Part shown: positions 25,364-34,666 of the stretch, one piece after another
Layout: every line of letters begins with the position of its first letter
Position numbering within the stretch: the stretch's first letter is position 1
From: Rhizodiscina lignyota
Lineage: Eukaryota
Assembly: GCA_010015805.1 (NCBI GenBank)
Contig: ML978121.1
Coordinates: 1,240,001-1,304,000, forward strand
Direction: 5' to 3'
DNA length: 64,000 bases
Made by a program: the position numbers and the translations under genes
Notes under the pieces: model-generated
The model's input: only the letters and a program-made list of their open reading frames with translations
Told to the model about the DNA's origin: nothing
Databases searched by the model: none

Positions 25364-27616
25364 AGACAATCTTACCTTCTCTTTAAGGGTTGATGGAGGA
25401 TGTTGCGCATCTCAGGCTGAATATCATAAGCAACGTGCATGTTCTTGAAACCTTCTGGAAGCCTTCTGGAAGCCTTCCCAAAAGAGATCATGATAGACCC
25501 CTGACGGAGCTCGTACCTGTCGATCCAGTGCTCAAGTCCTCTCACAAGCAAGGGTGGTGGAAGGCGTGGAAGGCCTGCCCTTCATTGACTCCTGAAGGAA
25601 TATCAGGACGCGGCCGAATCCTTTGTCATTGATGGTGTGACATTCGCGCTGAACTGCGAGGAAGAAGTTTCCCGCCTCTTCCTGGTTTCCAACGTCCAAC
25701 TGTCCTTTAATTCTCGCTGAAATTGGGACTTCATCTCCAAGCCGTCCGTGGGAGCTGCGATCAGTGATCACGTTGGGCCAATGCCGGGCTGTCGTCTCCT
25801 GCCGATCAGTAACCCAATACTGCAATCTTCTCGAAGCCTTCCACGCCTGTGCGTCTCGAGCGATAGGGCTGACAGAGCACACATCAATCATGAGAGAACC
25901 AGGTGATTCGTGCATCAAGATGGGGGTGGAAAGCCTTCGCCAGCTTCCGAGCACCAGGGGACAACCACAAGGTAGCGAGTAGCGAGATCCGCTCCGCCCG
26001 TTTCCGAGCTTGCCGTTGGCCCGTTGTCCGACTTGTGGTCGGAACTGAAACAAACGCGAACGAGTACGACGGGCTGGAAGGCCTTAGCGCCGGTTGCTGA
26101 GAACTTCGTCAGCGCATGCGCGGTCTTTTGTGGAGTAGGCAAGGAGAATTAATTTCGCGTGAGTCACTTAAAGGCATCAAATTTGTACGGCGACACTGCG
26201 GTCTCTTGTCGGAAGTGCTCAAGACCAGAAGGGAAAAGCATTGAACGGCTCTTTATCGCGTGCCTAGCATTTGCCATTGGGAGATGTGGTTGAGATCGTA
26301 GCGGCATGATTGGTGCGATGCCCACGACGCTGGAGACATTGACAATATCGCGTAGCCGGTGCTTTGAGCCGCCGAAGAAGAACGAGATAGGCCCGAAAAT
26401 TCTCGGTCAAGCGCGAGAGCCCTGAAGATTGTTGGAGTATGTTAGCATGTCAAAGTTGTCGCTGATCGGGCGGCGAAGTGGTGGTCCCTGTCGGGCAAAG
26501 GTGCATCGTGAGGCCACGAGACGGAGGGTTGGTGGTATGCTGCTCCATACATGGACGGAGTAGACAGCGCAGGGCCTTTCGGTGACATGTTCCGGGAAGG
26601 GGGATATCCAACTCAGCGTTAGGCATCAGACGAAAGGGCACGACTTGGTACGTTGACCCTGCAATCGGCCTTGGAGTTGTCGATTTGTTTCCGGAGTCAC
26701 TTGTGCGTGCATAGCTCTGGGGCAGGGCAGATGACGACGTCGCTGAATGTCGCGCAAAGCGCGATCCTTGCGTAACGGCGTCAGAATTAACTCCAAGCAC
26801 GCAGTGAGAGAGGGCAAAGCCACCACCCGTATTCGTCCATGCCCGGGGGGATTGGGCGCGCGCTCTGGAGGGGTTCTGCCTCGTCCGGTGCCCTCTGCAA
26901 GCAGTCTGCAAGTTGTCGGGCTTCCACATTCAGCGACTGACCAGCCTGCAGCCTGCTTATGCAGGACGCAACGTAGCGGTCATGGCGAAGTTCACGAGGC
27001 TCGTGTCCTGGACGCTGATGACGCACCGCGGAGGGAATGGACGACTGCTTGCCATGCTATCCGAGCCAATCGCGAGCGGGCATGCGACTTGCAGCGCGCA
27101 CCCTGGCCTGCGTTGCGTCGAACGAAGCTCGGATAATGGATGACGCTTTCTATATAAACATTCACACAGCCTCGCTCCCTACATTCGTTAGTCCCTCGAT
27201 AGCACACACGCAAACAAGTATAAGACGGGCCCTATCAACACTCGACTCGGCCAATCTCCATACTTGTGTTTCGAATCGCCTAGCGCCGTCTCAGCAGGCA
27301 TTCTTGGACCGTCGCCGTGGGCCGCAACGATCCCTTCTCATTTGGGCATCACTATTTCACTCTCGACCGCCCCATCCCTGAGCGAATCCTATCAGACATC
27401 GCGTCGCATCGACTATTTACTGCACAATCGTGGGCGGAGCATCGCATAAACAGGATCTCACCGCATCGCACGCCCGTCTGATAAATTCTCGACATCTCCC
27501 CAAGCCTCCCGCCAGACTCAAACGCTTCCTCACTCCTCACCAGAGCGCCATCCGAAGCCAAAAGACTGCTTCCTCAACGCTCGTCTTTCACCTCCAAAGA
27601 TCATCTCCAATCCAAA

Positions 27617-27832
27617 ATGTTCTCTTGCGTCAACTACGAGCGCGGCTGCCGAGGCCGAGCCAACCAAGTCAATGGCCGATGCGAAAGCTGCATCGTCCTC
27701 AACCTCACTCCATATCGAGCGGGAAGTGCATCTTCAACGTCATCCGCCAACTCCAATTCATCATACTCGGCCATGACCTCGTCATTCGCGTCATTATCTC
27801 AAATACGGCAGACGTCGACGTCCGGAAAATGA
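27617..27832 (+). CDS. Small 71-aa protein with N-terminal Cys4 motif and Ser-rich tail
   Basis: Good start context (ccaaaATG), pyrimidine-rich leader, TATATAAA at 27151, and MFSCxNYERGCRGR..GRCxxC. Confidence 0.6.
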   Translation: MFSCVNYERGCRGRANQVNGRCESCIVLNLTPYRAGSASSTSSANSNSSYSAMTSSFASLSQIRQTSTSGK

Positions 27833-29668
27833 GCTCGACTGCTCGAATTACCGACATCTTCGGATCACGAACTTTTGAGATGGATTTCACGACAGCAATG
27901 ATTGAATGGTATTGGCACTTAGCGACGGCGTTGGATGGTCCTTCATCTGTCTCACCACTGGGACTGGCTACCTCATGTAGAATAGGTCATGCTAGCATAC
28001 AAGAAGCATGAACTGAGGCGTTTAAAATTTGGATGGCGATTCGACTTTGCTCGACTTCATCGCTGTATGATACGATTGTTCACAACAATGGTGGTACTTT
28101 GGCGCTGGCGCTCGTGGGAATATCGCACAGCAAGCTCGGCACGTCACCGACCTTGCATGTATCACCATTACGGAATACGTCTTTAGAGAAAAGAATTACA
28201 CTTGCATTATTATTCATGCTTGCATTATCATTCATGCCTCCTACGGTCAACTTCCCAACAAACAGCATTTCACCTGCATCTTCACCCCGGCGCCCCACCG
28301 GTCTCTTATTCGCACGAAGCTGACCGGTGCTGCCTCCGGATCGTGAGTTTTGGGTCGAATCGCTGCAAGTAGATGCCCTAAACCTCTCAGTGTGGGCCCC
28401 GTGACCTCCTCGTCCCCTGAAACGCAAGTGACTTGGATAGAGCCTATAGCATTCACACTACATATCTCATCCAGTTCCCAGGTTCCTCAACGGCCCCTGT
28501 CAACCTGTCTCGCGCTGTCCAATCTCTTCGTCAGAACACCATTTCTTCAGCCGCATCTCCGCCACCAGCAGCAGGAAATTCGGCAGTCAACCTTTGCCCC
28601 TCTCTCTCCTTGCCGGCGGTAGCAATTATGCGCTACAATATTGGCTGCCCGGTCACCCACTACTGCTGCAGAGCCGGCGGGAAGTTGGAACAACCAAAAC
28701 TCTCGATCCCGCGGCAAACCGCCGATCGATCAACGCGACGATGTGACGGGCCACCACCAGGGCAGCGCGCGCCGGGAATGGCTGAATGGGCATGCGTGAT
28801 GACCGCCGGCGGCAGCGATGACGGTCAGGAAATGTGATTTCGGCGCTTTGCCAGGGCATTCACCAGTGAGCTAGGTTTGCGCGATGGGAAAGTGACAGAC
28901 ATGGGGTCGCGGCCGGCATGGGCAAGCGGGATGGGGAACGCTAAGTCGCTAATTGATGGCTCTGCAGACGCGCTAGCGGCATGGGAGATGCAGAATCGCA
29001 TCAAATGAGGGCGAGAACAAGAGATCGACATTTATGACGACTGCTTTGCGCGGAATCCAGTATTACCTTAGCACCGGACGGGAGTGATAAAGCTGATTAG
29101 GGTTACAGGTGGGAGAGCAGAGAGGACTGTGGAGACGTGCCTTGCTGTATTCGATCTTGATCGACGATGCAAGCACTGCAAGCGGAGCATCTGAAGCCGA
29201 ATATTGCAGTAGCTCGAGGTATTTGAAGCTGCATGCAGGAGTGATACATACAGCTGTAGGAGACACCAGGGCAATTCAGTGTCACGAGAACGAGCTCCTC
29301 CTACGATGGGAGGGTGACACTTCGACAGGGGCCAATGCTGACATCTGAAGTTCGAATAGCTCTGAGGTGCTCACGCATGGTCTTTAAAAGGCCTGTTACC
29401 GCGGATTAAATATATACGGTAGCCTACTGCTATCCACAAAAATCTCACGGGGCGTGTAAAATCGACGAGATGAGCTTTCAGCGGCCGAGGCATGCCGCGC
29501 GCATCTGGCGCTCGATGGGGTTCAGCACACCTCGTAACTGCCCTTGACGAACGTCACGGTAAGTATCCGCAAGCGAGAACCTCCATTTTCAGCTGAAACG
29601 AGAAAATTCTTTCCCTCAAGACTCCATTTTGTTTCTGCGTTGCGTTATTTCTCTTCAAGTCCCTCAAA

Positions 29669-30653
29669 ATGACCGATTCCGAATCACCTCCGTCCGGCAT
29701 CAAAAGCGCTCCGGGGCCATGGCTCAACCTCCCCGTGACAACGTACATGTTTTCATTTTGGTCTAGCCCACCTCTCCTTGACCATGCCTACGCTCCCCTC
29801 GAAGCAGCATCCTCATGTGCGGATCCGAAAGAATCCGGCGCCTTTAGAGGCGGTGTCAGCCTCATCGAGATCGTGCGGTACCACGACACGCCCGTGGGAC
29901 CGTACGACGAGCTCGCCATCGTCCCCGGCTCCTTCGACGTTACTGTCCTGGAAAGCAAGGGCAAAAAGATGAAACAAATGCCCAGGCACGTACCTTTCTC
30001 TTAATCTGATCGCCAACTTGCGGGACGATGGAGCTTGACGACTGGACAGATGTACGCGCATATACGTCAGCCAGAACGACACCTGCTGGAACGGCCGTCA
30101 CAACTGGAACATCCCAAAGCACCTCGCCAAGTTCTCGTACTCCACAGATCCCAAGACTTCGACTCTCAGCGTCAAAGTCTCTGCCCCAGATGCAGACGCC
30201 AAGCCGTTCTTCTCTGTAGACCTGTCAATGGTCAGATACCTGCCGTCTTTCCCATTTTCGACGAACATTGCCAAGTACTTCGGCGTCGAAATGTGCATGG
30301 CACAGCCGCCGTTGCCGTCCGGTGTGAAGTCCCCAAAGTTGCTCCGATCAGATGAGGATCCCACTCCGTTGTGCGGGACGTCAGAGTGGCGCTTTGCAAT
30401 CCCGGAGGTTTGGGGAAAGGCGAGCCTGTGCTGGGTCAATCAGACCGTGCCTTCGAAGCAGACACCGAATTCAGCGGGACAGACCTCCGATGGTGCCGAA
30501 GCGAATGAAACGGACAGGCTATTACCGCAGACCGATTCCGAAAACAGCGGAGTCGGGTGGCCATCGTATCGCCCGTGGCCTGTGGGACTATGGATTGAGG
30601 AAGGAAAGATCAACTTCCAGGATGCGCATGTAGATGGACTCAAAGCAAAATGA
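29669..30653 (+). CDS. Acetoacetate-decarboxylase-like fold protein; exons 29669-29985, 30050-30653 (GC-AG intron)
   Basis: APGPW, IVRYHDTPVGPYDEL and, after splicing, RCTRIYVSQ..NGRHNWNIPKHLAKF. The PK motif is typical of ADC-like proteins. Confidence 0.8.
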
Positions 30654-30957
30654 AAAGGTGTATTCTTAACTCCAATTGTATGCACTAAGAAACTGAGCTT
30701 AATAAGGGCTTGCAGAGATTAAGGAGCCTTAATGACTTAACCGTTAAGTATGGTGAAGTATATACAGTGCGTATTTGCAATATTTACAATCCGCCCACCC
30801 ATGTCTCGATAGCGACCGTCACTGCTAAAGGAATCAAGAGACGGAAGAACAGTCGAAGAATATTTACAAGTAAAGACAAAGGCTCCGACGCCTCCACCAT
30901 GTAGAGTCATTCCGATCCTCCATCGATCGGGTGCTGTGTCCTGAACCATCAGTCTCT

Positions 30958-32886
30958 TCAGACTTTCGACTCAATGGTCTGAGCACCGAATGGGGACTTG
31001 CTAGACTCAAACGAGATGCTAGCAACCCTCGAATCTGGATCAATAGCACCTTCGCTGGTACCGACGTGAGATTCGCGGTACGCATCAAGTTCCTTGCCCT
31101 TGAACAGGTTGAGGTAGATCGGAAAGCTCCACGCGATAATGAAGAAGCTTAGAGGAACCACCATCGCAATTCTCGTACCCGTTTTATCGGCAACATTTCC
31201 CAAAATCGCGGGTATGACTGCGCCCCCGCAGACTGAAGAGACAAGGAACGATGCACCGCGCTTGGTGTGCCGGCCAAGACCACGCAGGGAGAGGGTGAAG
31301 ATCGTAGGGAAGACGCACGACTCGAAGAAGAGCACGAGCATCAGCATTGAGAGACCGCCCCAGTTCGCCTTAGTGCCGTGGCCGCTGTCAACAGCGATTG
31401 CGAGGATAATGAAGACCATGATCAGGGTTTGGTAGAGAAGGAGGATCCAGCGGGGTTTGGTGAAGTACATCAGGCCCGCAGCGGAGAAGCGACCAATGGC
31501 GAACAGTCCTTGGGCGATAGCGTAGTAGTTTGCTCCTTGATGTTGGGCAGTGATGGTCGGGAGATCCGGTCTGGCCTGCACATAATAGTTGATGAAGTAG
31601 CCCGCGATTGCGACTTGGGCCCCGACGTACGAGAATTGCGCGGCGACACCCCAGAAGAGCGTGTGCTGCTTGCTGAGTGGCTTGTCCTCGTAGCCTGTGG
31701 AGGCTGTCGTCATCTCCGCCTGGTCAGCCATATCGGCGTCCGTGATTTCAGGAATAGGCGCAAAGTAGAAGACGACCGCCAGAAGTGCAACGAAAGCAGC
31801 AATGCCAAGATACACCCATTGTACGCTCTCGAGAGATTTCCCATCAGCGCCAATATGGACAAAGATGACCTGGGACGCAAGGACGGGGGCAACGACGGAA
31901 CCGACAGCCTGGAAGCTTTTGAATAGTTAGCACCGTATGTCTGTACGAGTAACAAAAGAGCTAGTTTCCCGCGAGCGAACTGTGTACAGGGCCACTCTAT
32001 TAAAGTCTCCTTCAGCACTTCCAAGAGGCTTCCGCATGTTCGTGAGTCTATATTCGAGCTCGTCAGGAAGTAGCTTGCTAGGTCTGCCTTCGCGGGTTTG
32101 CTGCTCGTTGTCGCAGTAAAGAGATGCCGGTGCAGGTCTCATACGCCAACGAGAAAACAACTCCTTCGTAAAACTGAGAGAGAAAGGAACTCACCTTTGC
32201 GATAGTTCGAGTCGGAATTCGGACCACTTTGGAGGTCCGCAGACCGCAATATACGGGTTGGCGCTGGTCTCCAAAGTGCTCAATCCCGAGCCGACAATAA
32301 ACATCGACCCACAGAAGCCGCCAAAGGATCTCTTGACAGCACTTGGCCAGAACATGAGAGCTCCAACGCAGTATATGGATAATCCAAGCATAAACGTGTA
32401 GCGGTAACCAAATCTGCGGACGAACCAGCCGGAGTAGGTTAACGGACCGATAAAATAAGCGCCGAAATAAGCACTGTAACTTGTTAGCAGCTGTTTTGAT
32501 GATGTCAGGGGTGCGAGAGACTTGCCCTTGCAAGCCAGAGGATTGGCCTTGAGTGATATTGAGTGCTACCTGAAACCTGCGCACCAGACTTGTAAGCATC
32601 ATATAGGAGCACTTGGAGGGGTGTGGTTAGCAAACCTTGAATTTAGGACATCAAGGAGTCCGTAGGCAAACCCCCACAAGAAGAAGAGAAGCGTTACGAG
32701 AGAAACCGGAATGATTGATTGACGAGTGGTGATCTGCGAAGCTCCGGTAACGAGCTTGTCAGAGACGCTCTTTCTTTTGCTCTTCTGCTCCATCGCCTCA
32801 ACGGCTGATGGGCGGCGGCCTTGTTGATGATGAATATCATCGAGTGAAGGCTCCTGCTCGCCTCCGAGGCCGAACTTGAATACCAT
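30958..32886 (-). CDS. MFS fucose:H+ symporter (FucP/GluP) family sugar transporter; exons 32886-32636, 32576-32526, 32473-32195, 31915-30958
   Basis: LFFLWGFAYGLLDVLN, AYFGAYF, GLSTLETSANPY, AQFSYVGAQV and FESCVFPTIF, with multiple TM helices. Intron 2 is GC-AG. Confidence 0.93.
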
Positions 32887-34153
32887 GATGGAGGGGTGGC
32901 TGGTAAAGTTCGAAGATGGGTGTTAATAAAATGATAGTAGATCGGAATACTCGAGCGAGCGCGAGGCAGAAGAAACTGGTGATGATATTCATAGAGACGG
33001 AAGTTCATGGCATATTATATATCTTCAGACCCGGAGTCGATATACGCCTCGTCCCAGCACTTACCATCGTCCCCACACCCAGGAGCTGAGATCCAGACCG
33101 CATGCGCGACACGCTTCGCATTGGCAAATGACAACATGCTGAAATCCAGTCTCTCCTCTCCCGCGTCTAGGATGTGTTGTGGAGGTCGAACACGTACGTT
33201 CTTTGGTTGGAGCGCACGACACAAGCTCAGACGGTGCCGGACCGAGTGGCGGGAGCGAGACGCATCCCAACATGGCGCTTGACTATGCTTTCAGATTTAC
33301 AAGGGGAACTCCCGTGGGCACGAGACATGATGTTCGGAGCGAAGTCCAGCGTCAGTAGTTGGAGTTTTGGATGATGCCGTGTAAACATTTTGCAGAAGAC
33401 GGGCCGACACTTCTCAACTGCTGCTTCTAGCGCACTTCTAGCGTGTTTCTATGCAGATGCCCCGCGCCCTCGACTCCGAGGGAGGTCATTTCCGCAGCTC
33501 CATTCCTCAACCCACCTTAATGTCGGTCCGGCATTGCCATTTCGGAATCCGGCCTTTCTACCGAGAGGCTCTCAGCCGTTAACTGCTGTGCTTCTCGTGG
33601 GATAGTTTTCTTCAGATGCACCGAAAGGACTAAGGAGACATGTGGCGACCAATTCCGACGCATCTGAAGGAATAGAGAGAATGTTGCATAACTCGGCGCC
33701 CCGAACGAATGTAGCAGCCGTCCAGTCTCGTGTATCAGAATTTCAGGCGAAATCAGGCGAAACTTCCTAACAATTGGAAACAATCTACATTCGGAGTATG
33801 GCGGCAAACATTTTCTTCAGTTCCAGAGACACTTGATTCCTGCTCTGCCTCCTGGGATTGAGTGGATTGCGCTACCTTCAAATAAAGTCCTGTAGCTCTT
33901 CCATTACCTTTGGGGACGTGCAAAGTTGCAGCTTCCTGCGAACCATGAAATGATTCCTAAATTTTTGGATAAATATTAAATTAAAAAGGTTGATGATTTG
34001 ATTTTTCTAGTATTTGTAGCCGATTTAAATTTATTTTCAAAATTTAACTAATATATAATAATAGGGATTTCCAGCTCTCTGGTTTTCTCAGGATGCCACA
34101 GTGGGTGAGTTTCTCCATCTCAGCCCAAAATTTACTCGCACTAACCCTCAAAC

Positions 34154-34241
34154 AGACCTGTGGCGCAATGGTAGCGCGTCTGATTCCAGGCATTGGAATG
34201 CTGCTTCCAGAAGGTTATCCGTTCAAATCGGGTCAGGTTCA
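34154..34241 (+). tRNA. tRNA-Trp(CCA) with 16-nt canonical intron (34190-34205); the true 5' end may be G34103-G34104 joined across a spliceosomal-type intron
   Basis: A-box TGGCGCAATGG, D-stem GCGC/GCGC, anticodon CCA at 34186-34188, intron containing TGGAA complementary to the anticodon loop, T-arm ATCCG-TTCAAAT-CGGGT, acceptor 3' strand CAGGTTC-A, and an oligo-T terminator at about 34256-34265. Confidence 0.85.
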
Positions 34242-34255
34242 ATTCCTGATGAAAA

Positions 34256-34265
34256 TTTTTTTTTT
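34256..34265 (+). terminator. Pol III oligo(T) terminator of tRNA-Trp
   Basis: T run about 15 nt downstream of the discriminator base. Confidence 0.65.
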
Positions 34266-34486
34266 CCATCTTTCTTTTTGCCTGCGCAACGAGCACAAAC
34301 CTCATCTCAGTCTACAGGGGACTTTTCGATCGTCCCGTTCAATTTTGCTGGACGGCTGACATCCAAATTTGTGCGCCCGAAGGCCAATATCTACATACGT
34401 GGACGGGAATAACACATATCACTGTCGCTGCCACGGTTCAAAGCGCAGCACTACCGCTTCGTCAAGACGCGAACAGGATTTTTCTA

Positions 34487-34502
34487 ATATATATATATAT
34501 AT
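34487..34502. repeat. (AT)n microsatellite
   Basis: atatatatatatatat read directly. Confidence 0.7.
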
Positions 34503-34666
34503 GGGAAGCTAACGTGAGGTTATCAAACAAATGGGACATGTGTAGCAGTTTTAGTTCGGCCACTACCTGGAACATCGGAGCTCAAACGTTCAACCCCTCT
34601 CGAATTGGCTCATCTTTGACATGCAACCTAGCACAAACATTTAAAAACTGATTGGAATACGCCATA

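Noticed and set aside
104..32886. Sugar-catabolism gene cluster (aldolase, arabinitol dehydrogenase, FucP permease, Zn2Cys6 TF)
   Set aside because: The genes are spread over 33 kb among unrelated housekeeping genes and belong to different pathways.
34093..34359. 88-aa ORF (MPQWVSF...) overlapping the tRNA; its ATG precedes the spliceosomal-type intron
   Set aside because: The body is tRNA sequence plus the oligo-T terminator, and the peptide has no recognisable features. It is not called as CDS, though an exonised Pol II transcript remains an alternative explanation for the intron.
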